Shown here one piece after another: positions 26,919 to 37,551 of a DNA stretch of 64,000 bases (the stretch's first letter is position 1; every line of letters starts with the position of its first letter). Origin of the DNA: Eledone cirrhosa. Lineage: Eukaryota. The position numbers and the translations under genes are program-made. Under the pieces are notes generated by a model, which saw only the letters and a program-made list of their open reading frames with translations, had not been told where the DNA came from and did no database searches. The DNA lies in the NCBI GenBank assembly GCA_964016885.1, contig OZ024749.1, positions 6,324,001-6,388,000 on the forward strand, read 5' to 3'.

Positions 26919-26948
26919 AGAAGAAAAAGAAGAAGAAGAAGAAGAAGA
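26234..26948. repeat. Polypurine (GAA/GAAAAA)n tract of about 715 bp
   Basis: Almost only A/G on +; source of the poly-Phe ORF. Confidence 0.95.
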
Positions 26949-26949
26949 C

Positions 26950-27170
26950 GGTTTTTAGATAAATATAAATGTCAAACCGGCCAGAATTCTCTACCTCTTT
27001 CTGTTGAAACTGGCTGTTACTGGTCACTTAAACTGATGTTAAGGGATTGTTCTCAAAAATACTTTCAAAATCTCATAGATTCGATATTACGTGAGATAAT
27101 TATGTGAGGTAAAGCCTTTACCATGAAAATACAATAGTATATATAGAGTAATGTAAATGCTAAAGGGTTA
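26950..27170 (+). mobile_element. piggyBac-like MITE (single internal unit)
   Basis: Ends gtaaatgctaaagggTTAA; internal sequence matches 20518-21162. Confidence 0.65.
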
Positions 27171-27840
27171 AAACAAGCAGCTTTGTGTCATAGATCTAGA
27201 GATGGTTTCAGGTGATTCGTTATCAAAAGGATAAGGATATGAGTGATGTTTAAAAGAAGAGGCTGCTACTTTTAGCAGATCAAGTAATTATCTAGATGTT
27301 TCCAAAATGTAATTGAATCAATGTTGAATCTAACAGCTTCTCTGCAGCTTCTCTGAAGTGCTTTTCTAAAGAGCGCTACCATTTACCAAACTGTTATCTT
27401 GCTATAAAACCTTGAAAGAAATTTAATTAAAAAAAAAAATAAAAATAAAAAATAGATTTGAATTTAGTAATGTTATCTGTTGTCAAACTATTCCAAGTTG
27501 AAACATTTTTTCCCCTCCAAGTAAACTAGAGAGGTGGATGGAAAAATTTCATAATATAATATATACACATTTCTTTTTTTTTTTTTTTAGAAATTTAAAA
27601 TTCTTTTGCAAAACTTTAAAAACTTTTACAATTCAAAATTTCAAAACCTTTTTTTTCCATTTGATAAATTCTAACATTTTTCTGTTTTTCACAAAATTAC
27701 AAAATTAGAAAGTAAAAGCCTAAAAAAATGTTCCAAGGCAATATAAATTTTAAATGTACATTGCTAAATCTCCAATAATTATTTTTCAAACCTATAATTT
27801 GTATAGATAGTTTTAACAAACCTCATTAATTATTCTCTGA

Positions 27841-27884
<44 letters not shown>

Positions 27885-27886
<2 letters not shown>

Positions 27887-28068
27887 CGAAGGAAATGTGG
27901 TAAGGAACCAGATGGACCATAACACACAAGAGTACTCAATACTTAGGGTAGTAGAGTGGGTAATATGAAAATGTTTAACCCGGACAGCCGAGCTCAAGCC
28001 GTTTCGACGGCTATTTCTGTCCAGAAATAGCCGTCAAAATGGCTTGAGCTCTGCCATCGGGGTTAAAC

Positions 28069-28073
<5 letters not shown>
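27885..28073 (-). mobile_element. Foldback element family F3 (short palindrome plus tail)
   Basis: Imperfect palindrome 27968-28073 centred on atttctg-tc-cagaaat, containing GAAA-cggc-TT-gagctc. The unpaired 27885-27967 segment recurs alone at 34691-34767. Flanked by (TA)n. Confidence 0.6.
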
Positions 28074-28101
<28 letters not shown>

Positions 28102-28117
28102 ATGTATATATATATAC

Positions 28118-28176
<59 letters not shown>

Positions 28177-28785
28177 ATACTGTATATATATATCTGAAAA
28201 TATTGAAGAGATAAGACACTTTCCCATTCTTCTCTGCTAAAATGTATCACTAGAGCTGATTCCAATTTTTCCAGCCATCCATCTAATCTACGAAGGTATT
28301 TTAGCCTACATATTGTCGTTAATATTATGATGTTCCCTGCTGTATTAGCGTTAAATTTTCCCTGCTGTATTAGCGATAAATTTTCGAGGGTTTCTCTCTT
28401 AGTAGTTTTTTTTCATGACGTTATTATTGTTAATTTTACTGATGTAGTATTAACTTGGATATTTACCATGCGACCCTCAGTTCCTACCTCTCAGTTCCTG
28501 GATATTACCATGCGACCCTCAGTTCCTACCTCTCAGTTCCTACCTCACAATTTCCCTCCTCCCCCACCCCCACACACCACCATAGTCTATTCGACCAATC
28601 AAACCTAGCATGCCATTTCCACTGCTGCTGCTACTACCTGCCTAACTAACTCTCTCCTCCTCTGGCGCATCCCAACACACCCTGCCATTACCCCACCACC
28701 ACTGTTCTTCTAGCCCTCAATTTTCCCACCGTTATGGATGGATGTGCTGGGAATACACGAGCAACTCTGAATCAATAGATGAAAT

Positions 28786-31700
28786 ATGAATCTGCGAGCT
28801 ACCAAGCACCCACGTGAAGCGCCAACCCAGAAACCCTCCCCTACGAGTGTCGACAAATGCCCAAAACTCCGAGTTGGTACCATCAATGTAGGCTCAATGA
28901 AAGGAAGAGCAGGAGAAATCGTAGAAATGCTAGAGCGAAAGGAAGTTGATGTATGCTGTGTGCAAGAGACTAGATGGAGAGGAGGGCCTGCTAGAGTCCT
29001 TGTAGGAAAAAGCCAGTGCTACAAATTTTTCTGGGTGGGAAATGACGATGGGATGGGTGGTGTAGGTATACTATTAGCTGACAAGTGGGTAGATAAAGTA
29101 ATCTCAGTGTACAGGGTAAATGCAAGAATCATTAAACTCAGACTAGTCCTGAATAAGACAATTACCACAATAATATCAGCTTACGCACCCCAATCGGGGC
29201 TGCCAGACGAACTTAAGGATAGGTTTTACGAGTCCCTAATACACACTACTGCTCTAACAGACGACAAGGACTTCCTAATCATTGCAGGAGATTTTAACGG
29301 ACACGTAGGTAAACACTGCGACGGCTTCAATAGAGTACATGGAGGCCATGGAGTTGGCACAAGGAATGAGGAAGGATTCAGACTTCTAGAATTCTGCGAC
29401 GCCAATGACATGTCGATATGTAACACAAACTTTAAAAAACCCGACAACCACCTGATCACCTATAGATCAGGGGAGCACTCTAGTCAGTTAGATTTTATCC
29501 TCATCAGAGGACGTGACAGATGGACGGTCGTAAACACAAAAGCCTTCCCTAGTGAGGAATGTACATCCCAACATAGCTTAGTTGTCAGCGACCTCACGGT
29601 CAGAACTAGACGACCCCTGAAACAGAGGCCAACCTGGAGAAGAAAGATCTGGAAGCTGAAAGTCCCCTCAACCAGTAACAGATTTAAAGATATTTTACTC
29701 AACGCCTACGACAGTAAAGAAGAACAGATAGAGACATTTAACGTAGAAGAGAACTGGGAGTTCCTAAAAAATAACTTACTAGAGGCGACGGATGAGGTTT
29801 GTGGCTGGAGTAAGACCTCAAGCAGGAGGAGAGTGACTTGGTGGTGGAACAATAAGGTAGATGAAGCAGTCAAGGCCAAGAGACAGGCATGGAAAGAATG
29901 GAAGAACGGGGGGAGCAGGGTACATTACATAGAGACCAAGAGGGAAGCTAGGCGACAAGTATACTTAGCTAGGAGGGAAGCAGAGGATAGAAAATTCAAG
30001 CATGTTTTACAACGTGAGGACCAGAAACAGGAGGTATTCAAGATTGCGAGGCAGTGTGTCAGAGATAGTTGTGATGTCATTGGAGAGAAGTGTATCCGGA
30101 ATGATAAAGGTGAGCTTGCCCTCACAAGTGCTGAGAAGAAAGATGCATGGAAGAGTCATTATGATAGATTACTAAATGAGGAGAATGCATGGGAAGAAGA
30201 GACCCTACCCCACGTAGACCCTATAGAGGGACCAGCAGTACAAGTCAGCGGCAGCGTAGTAAGTAAGGCAATCAGAGATATGAAGATAGGGAAGGCAACC
30301 GGTCCATCGGGTATAGCTGCCGAGATGCTGAAGGCATCTGGGTCTGTAGGTCACACTATAACCACACGTATCGTTAACCAGGTAATACTAGAGGGGGCCA
30401 TACCAAAAGATTGGTGCAGTAGCATCATTGTCAACTGCTACAAAGGTAAAGGCGATGCACTAGATAGAGGAAACTATAGAGGTATAAAGTTGATGGACCA
30501 GGTCATGAAAGTAACAGAAAGAGTTATAGCACAGCTGATTAGGGACCGGGTGAATATAGACGAGATGCAATTTGGGTTTGTACCAGGGAAAGGCACCACT
30601 GATGCGCTCTTCCTTGTGAGGCAATTACAGGAAAAGTACCTAGCTAAAAGTAAGCCACTCTACTTGGCATTTGTCGACCTTGAGAAAGCCTTTGACAGAG
30701 TTCCACGTGCAGTAATCTGGTGGGCTCTTAGAAAACTAGGAGTAGATGAATGGCTTGTGAAAGCGGTACAAGCCATGTATAGGGGAGCAGTCAGCAAAGT
30801 TAGGATTGGCAATGAGTATAGCGAGGAATTTAGCGTACAGGTTGGGGTCCACCAGGGCTCTGTTCTTAGCCCTCTCCTGTTCATCATAGTCCTGCAGGCA
30901 ATAACGGAGGAGTTTAAGACCGGATGCCCATGGGAACTCCTGTATGCTGATGACCTCGCACTCATAGCTGAATCTATGGTAGAACTAGAGAATAAATTCC
31001 AAACCTGGAAGCAGGGACTAGAGAGAAAGGGCCTCAAAGTCAACATGACAAAGACTAAGGTCCTTATAAGTAGACGAGAAAACAGAACCCAGATCCCCTC
31101 AGGGAAATGGCCTTGCTCAGTATGTAGGAAAGGTGTAGGTAGGAACTCCATTCTCTGCCCCAAATGCAACCAATGGGTACACAAGAGATGTAGCGGGATC
31201 TCAGGAAGCTTAATTAAGAATGTAGGATTCACATGCAGCAGCTGTGCTGAAACAGCAAGCAAACAGCCACAGGAAACAAGTACCACCAATCTCTGGGAGG
31301 GCCCTGTAGAAACAGTAGACAGCTTCTGCTACCTAGGTGACCGAATTAGCAACGGAGGTGGGTGTTCAGAAAGTACAATAACTAGGGTAAGAACGGGATG
31401 GAAGAAGTTTAGGGAACTACTACCACTGCTAGCTGCAAAAGGCTTCTCCCTCAGAATGAAAGGCAGACTGTATGATGCGTGTATCCGAACAGCGATGTTG
31501 CATGGTAGTGAGACCTGGGCGCTGAAGGTGGAAGACTTACGTAGATTAGAGAGAAACGAAGCCTGCATGCTCCGATGGATGTGTAACAGTAATATACGTG
31601 AACGACAAAGCATAAAGGAATTGAGAGAGAGACTGAGCATAAGAGGAATCAAATGCTGCGTGCAGGAGAGGCGGTTACGCTGGTATGGACATGTGATGCG

Positions 31701-31905
31701 TATGAAGGATGACAGCTGCATAAAAAGGTGCAGAGCACTAGAAGTTGATGGAAACCGCGGAGTGGGGAGACCCAAGATGACTTGGGATGAGGTGATAAAA
31801 GCCGACCTTACCCAACTACACCTCTCAAAGTCAATGACACACGACCGTGACTTCTGGCGTCACGCAGTAATACAGGGTACCCGACCTCCCATGGGTACAT
31901 GCTGA
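28786..31905 (+). CDS. Intact ORF of RTE-clade LINE (RTE-B): APE endonuclease, reverse transcriptase and Cys/His finger
   Basis: 1039 aa uninterrupted: GTINVGSM, CCVQETRW, ISAYAPQ, AGDFNGHVG, SQLDFIL, SQHSLVV (APE); FVDLEKAFD, GVHQGSVLSP, LLYADDLAL (RT); CSVCRKG..ILCPKC..WVHKRC..CSSC. Confidence 0.96.
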   Translation: MNLRATKHPREAPTQKPSPTSVDKCPKLRVGTINVGSMKGRAGEIVEMLERKEVDVCCVQETRWRGGPARVLVGKSQCYKFFWVGNDDGMGGVGILLADKWVDKVISVYRVNARIIKLRLVLNKTITTIISAYAPQSGLPDELKDRFYESLIHTTALTDDKDFLIIAGDFNGHVGKHCDGFNRVHGGHGVGTRNEEGFRLLEFCDANDMSICNTNFKKPDNHLITYRSGEHSSQLDFILIRGRDRWTVVNTKAFPSEECTSQHSLVVSDLTVRTRRPLKQRPTWRRKIWKLKVPSTSNRFKDILLNAYDSKEEQIETFNVEENWEFLKNNLLEATDEVCGWSKTSSRRRVTWWWNNKVDEAVKAKRQAWKEWKNGGSRVHYIETKREARRQVYLARREAEDRKFKHVLQREDQKQEVFKIARQCVRDSCDVIGEKCIRNDKGELALTSAEKKDAWKSHYDRLLNEENAWEEETLPHVDPIEGPAVQVSGSVVSKAIRDMKIGKATGPSGIAAEMLKASGSVGHTITTRIVNQVILEGAIPKDWCSSIIVNCYKGKGDALDRGNYRGIKLMDQVMKVTERVIAQLIRDRVNIDEMQFGFVPGKGTTDALFLVRQLQEKYLAKSKPLYLAFVDLEKAFDRVPRAVIWWALRKLGVDEWLVKAVQAMYRGAVSKVRIGNEYSEEFSVQVGVHQGSVLSPLLFIIVLQAITEEFKTGCPWELLYADDLALIAESMVELENKFQTWKQGLERKGLKVNMTKTKVLISRRENRTQIPSGKWPCSVCRKGVGRNSILCPKCNQWVHKRCSGISGSLIKNVGFTCSSCAETASKQPQETSTTNLWEGPVETVDSFCYLGDRISNGGGCSESTITRVRTGWKKFRELLPLLAAKGFSLRMKGRLYDACIRTAMLHGSETWALKVEDLRRLERNEACMLRWMCNSNIRERQSIKELRERLSIRGIKCCVQERRLRWYGHVMRMKDDSCIKRCRALEVDGNRGVGRPKMTWDEVIKADLTQLHLSKSMTHDRDFWRHAVIQGTRPPMGTC

Positions 31906-32210
31906 AGCATATAAACAATATGCCCCCCCCCCCCCCACCGCAAGGTGGTCGTGGAGGTGCCACGGCAAAAAAGCACCCAGCCCACACTGTAAAGTGGACG
32001 TGTAGGCGCCACGAAAAAGCACCCAGCACTCACTGTAAATGAGGTTGGTGTTAGGAAGGGCATCCAGCTGTAGAAATCAAGCCAGATCAGTTCCTGTATG
32101 AGCAAGGCATGGTCAGCCGACCAGACACTGCCCACAACAGGACAACCCGTCTAACCCATGCTAGCGTGGAAGAACGGACGTAAAACGGTGATGATGATGA
32201 TGATGATGAT
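31906..32210 (+). mobile_element. RTE-B 3' UTR and (GAT)n tail
   Basis: Contains ggttggtgttaggaagggcatccagctgtagaaa; ends acccatgctagcgtggaagaacggacgtaaaacggt(gat)n. Confidence 0.85.
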
Positions 32211-32229
32211 ATATATAGAGAGAGAGATT

Positions 32230-32563
32230 GGAGGCACATGGCTAAGTGGTTAGAGCATTGGCCTTGCAATCGAAAGGTTGTGAGTTAAATTCTCAGACCG
32301 GGTGATGTGTTGTTTCCTTGAGCAAGACTCTTTATTTCACATTGCTCCAGTTTACTCAGCTGTAGAAATGAGATGATAGGAGATGGGGTCCTTATCATTC
32401 CACTGTAAAGTGGTCGTGGAGGTGCCACTGCAAAAAAGCACCCAGCACTCACTGTAAATGAGGTTGGTGTTAGGAAGGGCATCCAGCTGTAGAAATCAAG
32501 CCAGAATCAGTTCCCGTCCCACCCTTGCAAGTAGGGAAAAACGGACGTAAAATGATGATGATG
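32230..32563 (+). mobile_element. Full-length SINE S1 (RTE-A tail)
   Basis: Near-identical to 15415-15750. Confidence 0.88.
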
Positions 32564-32601
32564 ATATATATATATATATTATATATATAGATAGATACAT
32601 A

Positions 32602-32656
<55 letters not shown>

Positions 32657-32677
32657 TAGATAGATAGATACATACTG

Positions 32678-32727
<50 letters not shown>

Positions 32728-32927
32728 TATATTTATATATATATATATTTATATATACTGACTACTGTGTAATAATATAATAATATTGAAATTATTGTGT
32801 ACAGTGCTCAGGTGCACTACCACATCAACAACTGAACCCATGTTGGTATTTGGTGCTTAAACTGGTGAACCAATAGTAACTAAACACTACATACCAATAA
32901 ACTAAAATATATATATATATATATATA

Positions 32928-33341
32928 TTGGTAAACGGAAAAGAAAATGCTGACAAATTGTTCACAGTGAAAAATAGTTTAATTAGGAATAAGTGAGAAT
33001 TAGTAATAGTATTGTTTAGAATTCAGTTTTGTTTTTAAGTTTTACCGGTTGCGCATTTCTAATGCTTCTCAAAAATAATTTTGAGATAGAGCGTCCGTGA
33101 TGTTTGCTCTAATCTGATTAGAGCAAACATCACGGACGCTCTATCTCAAAATTATTTTTGAGAAGCATTAGAAATGCGCAACCGGTAAAACTTAAAAACA
33201 AAACTGAATTCTAACCAATACTATTACTAATTCTCACTTATTCCTAATTAAACTATTTTTCACTGTGAACAATTTGTCAGCATTTTCTTTTCCGTTTACC
33301 AATATATCATAACTTGTGTGTTGCACCTCTATTCTTTTAAA
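32928..33341 (+). mobile_element. Foldback element family F2 with variant hammerhead motifs
   Basis: About 187-bp arms around a 1-nt loop at 33115, then an unpaired tail of about 40 nt, in (TA)n. Motif ttt-TTGAGAA-gcatt-aga-aatgc-GCAA-ccgg-TA-aaa at 33155-33190, mirrored at 33040-33075. Confidence 0.72.
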
Positions 33342-33372
33342 TATATATATATATATATATAAACTCACCTCC

Positions 33373-33413
<41 letters not shown>

Positions 33414-33504
33414 AAAGAGTTACTTGATTTGTGATCAATTCATTCTTATATATAACAGTTACCAGGCACTCAATGGTATAAATTTATCCGGAGTATTATT
33501 ATAA

Positions 33505-33880
33505 TAAATGTTTCTACTTTTGGCACAAGGCCAGTAATTATACAAGTGTGTTACTGGTGTTTTATTTTATGAACCCCGTAAGGATAAAAGGCAAAATTAA
33601 CCTCGGCGGGATTTGAATTCAGACCATAAAGGGCCGTAACTCTTTGCTGCATAGCATGGCATCCAGCCCTCTACCGATACTGCCAATCCAAAATAATTGT
33701 TTTTATTTTAGGCACAAGGCCAGGAATAACCCAGTACATTACTGGTACTTTATTTTATCGACCTCGTAAGGATGAAAGGCAAAGTTAACCTCGGCGGGAT
33801 TTGAACTCAGATCATAAAGGGACGTAACTCTATGCTTCAAAGCATGGTGTCCGACTCTCTACCGATACTGCCAATCCATA
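33505..33880 (-). mobile_element. Two tandem S2 SINEs
   Basis: Two copies of the S2 head and body in reverse orientation. Confidence 0.8.
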
Positions 33881-34200
33881 ATAATAATAGTAATAAATGA
33901 AAGATATATACTTTATATCATCTCTATTTTATTATATACATTTCGAAGAAGCAAAGTTATATGTATAATTTAAAGCAAAACATGTCCTCTTCAGACAAAA
34001 TACATACGAGACGACGTATAATTTTTCATGATGTGCTGGTAGCCAAACAAGCTGGGCTGTGTGTTGTGTTCTTGAGCAAAACACTTCATTTCACGTTGCT
34101 CCAGTATACTCAGGTGAAAATGAGTACTTACAATAGCTTGGGTTTAACCTTGTTCGAGCGGACTAAAAAAATGTGCTTTTGCTTTGGTTGTCCGCCCCCT

Positions 34201-34231
<31 letters not shown>

Positions 34232-34233
<2 letters not shown>

Positions 34234-34678
34234 CATCATCATTATCATCATCACCATTTTACGTCTGTTCTTCCATGCAAGCATGGGTTAGACGGGTTGT
34301 CCTGTTGTGGGCAGTGTCCAGTCGGCTGACCTTGTCTTGCTCATACGGGAACTTATTCTGGCTTGATTTCTACAGCTGGATGCCCTTCCTAACACCAACC
34401 TCATTTACAGTGAGTGCTGGGTGCTTTTTTTCCGTGGCACCTACATGTCCACTCTACAGTGTGGGCTGGGTGCTTTTTTGCCATGGCACCTCCACGACCA
34501 CTTTGCAGTGGAATGCTACGGACCCCAGTCCCTATCATCTCATTTTTACAGCTGAGTAAACTGGAGCAATGTGAAATAAAGTGTCTTGCTCAAGGAAACA
34601 ACACATTACCCGGTCCGAGAATTGAACTCACAACCTTTCGATTGCAAGTCCAAGCTCTAATCACTAAGCCATGCACCT
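34232..34678 (-). mobile_element. SINE S1 head and body carrying the RTE-B 3' UTR and tail
   Basis: Head as in S1; the 3' part matches 31945-32210, including gggcagtgtc.agtcggctgacc. Confidence 0.8.
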
Positions 34679-34788
34679 GTATATATATATAACGAAGGAG
34701 GTGTGATAAGGAACCAGATGGACCATAACGCACCAGAGTACTCAATACTTAGGGTAGTAGAGTGGGTATATATATATATGTATATATA

Positions 34789-36290
34789 TCTTTATATATA
34801 TAAAAGCGAGGATGTGTGTGTCTGTGTACAATTTTGGATACCTAAGGCTTTTACAATTACCAACGGAATTTGACCAAATTTTCTGTGCATGTGACACAGG
34901 TCGCTAAGATGTTCACAATCGACTCACATTGAGCAATAAAATATTGATATCAAAATTATCGGTAGCAAAATTGATGTAAGGGAGATAACCAACTTTATTG
35001 ACAATCCTTATAAAAAAAAAAAGGGAGATAACCAACCTTAGTGACAATCCTTACAAAGAGAGTGAGATATGGAGACCTTCGTTTGCAATTTTAAAACAAC
35101 GATCATCGTCGGACGAAATTTCAGAAATATAAACATCAGGTTCATTTGAAGATAAATCACTAATATTATCGTTTGTTTCTTGTTTATTCTTTGTTGCACT
35201 TTCAAAGTTAAAAAAACATGTTGTTTTACGAGATTTTGATGATGGTTTGTTTATTTTTAGAACAATCGTTATGGGACATTCCATTCAAACCATTGGGACC
35301 TACAACTTTTACATTTTTTAAACTTTCATTAGCCATGTTGATACAAAAAAAATGTGTTGCACTTTCAAAGTTAAAACACTTGTTTTAACTTGTTTCACTA
35401 TATTAAGTATTAATTTTCGTGGTAAGGGCCTAATTTCGCAGCAGTCTCGGATTGACGAGATTTTGATGATGGTTTGTTTATTTTTAGAACAATCCTCATG
35501 GGACTTTCCATTCAAACCATTGGGAGCTACAGCTTTTACATTTTTAAAGTAATTTCGTCCACATTTGAGGCAGGCATTATCTATGCTTCCAGCTGTATTC
35601 ATACACATTAAACCTTTTTGACAATGAAGGAACATACTGAACAGGATTCTTCCTGGATGTCCACGGATATATAAATCTATTGATACTGTATGTGATCCAC
35701 AGGATACGGTCAACTATCCAGTAGAATTTCTATATTCTTTAAATCCTCCTGGTTAACCTCCTAATACATTGGTTCTGAAAGAGGGAACACCAGTTATTTT
35801 GCTGAGAAATATCACTCCTGCAAAACTATGCAATTGTACACGACTTGTGGTTAAAAAAATGATTTGCAACGTATATTGCAACGTGTATTGTCTTTAATCA
35901 TTTGTATAACTACATCCTGTTCAGTGTTTTCCTTCATTATCAGCATAGTTTTATGCGTACAAAGATTGCACTAAATATTTGTTTGCATTAATTATTGAAG
36001 ACTTCTGCTTATTTTGACAGGTTGGGGACAAATAATTGTTTCTACTTTAGGCACAAGGCCAGCAAATACCCAGTGCATTACTGGTACTTTATTTTATCGA
36101 CCCCGTAAGGATGAAAGGCAAAATCAACCTCGGTGGGATTTGAACTCAGATCGTAAAGGGACGTAACTATGCTGGAAAGCATGGTGTCCAACCCTCTACC
36201 GATACTGCCAATCCAATAATGTTCTTCTTTACTTCCTAGCTGTATATTCTTAGCATAATTTCAAACCCCGAGCAACGCCGGGTAAATCTG

Positions 36291-36294
<4 letters not shown>
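34789..36294 (+). mobile_element. Non-autonomous Helitron with Pif1 helicase remnant and a nested S2 SINE (about 36035-36217, -)
   Basis: 5' TCtttatatatataaaagcgagg; 3' hairpin ccccgagcaacgccggg followed by CTAA (CTRR). Confidence 0.75.
35646..35873 (+). pseudogene. Helitron Pif1-family helicase fragment
   Basis: ILPGCPRIYKSIDTVCDPQDTVNYPVEFLYSLNPPG*PPNTLVLKEGTPVILLRNITPAKLCNCTRLVVKKM: the characteristic YP.EFL.SL.P.G.PP..L.LK.G.P..LLRN...LCNGTRL motif, with one stop. Confidence 0.88.
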
Positions 36295-36345
<51 letters not shown>

Positions 36346-36358
36346 ATATATATATAGG

Positions 36359-36404
<46 letters not shown>

Positions 36405-36779
36405 CAGACACACATATTGAATAACAGACTCATACAAGTCTCCTAATATAACCATTTCATATATGTTCATTACATTACCAACTGAAAACAGACCCAAATA
36501 TTCTAGTTAAAGAAACAATATGTAAATACCATTGTTTAATTGCAAGATACTCCACCTGCTCTGAGACACAGCAGTGATGCTACTGGGATCATAAGCAGCG
36601 CCATATATTCCAGTGTCAATTGTCACTCCTCTAGTTGACACAGCCAGGTTTGATCAAGTCTTGATAGCCATCTCAGTAAAACAACAAGCCTGGGGCTTGA
36701 TCTCTTAATGCACAGCCATCTAATGGCTTTCTCTGTAGCTTGAAAGATGGAACATAATATTGACAACTATCAAAAAATT

Positions 36780-37216
36780 ACTACTACCACCACCACCATA
36801 ACCACTGATTCTACCACTACTACTACCATAAGCGCCACCACCACTACTACCACCACCACCATCACCACTACTACTACCATAACCGCCACCACCACTACTA
36901 CCACCACCACCATCACCACTACTACTACTACCACCACCATCACCACTACTACTACCACCGCCATCACCACTACTACTACTACTACCACCATCACCACAAC
37001 CACCACCACTATCACTACTACCACCACCATCACCACTACCACCACCACCATCACCACTACCACTACTACCACCACCACCACAACTACTACTACTGCTACT
37101 ACCACCACCATCACTACTACTACTACTACCACCACCATTACCACTACCAGCACCACCACTATTACTAGACTACTACTACCACCACCACTATTACTACTAC
37201 TACCACCACCATTACC

Positions 37217-37248
<32 letters not shown>

Positions 37249-37268
37249 CACCACCACCACTACTACTA

Positions 37269-37301
<33 letters not shown>

Positions 37302-37306
37302 CACTA
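36780..37306. repeat. (ACC/ACT)n trinucleotide low complexity
   Basis: Degenerate accactactacc units. Confidence 0.9.
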
Positions 37307-37551
37307 CAGAGCTATCTACACAAGAATTAAACACTACAGCGCCGCAAGTCAAAAACAGAAACAGAAACAAAACTTGACTTAAAATGTTAAAAAATAAAAA
37401 ATAATAATTGAGATTCATAAAATAATTACCAAACATATAAATAAAATAAGTAAGGGGATTTATATGACTAAATCCCTTCAAGATGGTGCCCCAGCATGGT
37501 CCTAGTCAAATAAAAAAAAAACAGTAAAAGTATTAGTGAATAAGATATTAC

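Noticed and set aside
26161-27027. Poly-Phe ORF, and the many YI/CV/HT-repeat ORFs elsewhere
   Set aside because: Artefacts of GAA, TA and CA microsatellites.
28440-28785. HDV-like ribozyme in the RTE 5' UTR (known for some RTEs)
   Set aside because: I could not assemble the nested double pseudoknot by eye; it needs a descriptor search.
29226-31775. Antisense ORFs overlapping the RTE ORF
   Set aside because: Shadow frames of the LINE coding sequence with no independent motifs.
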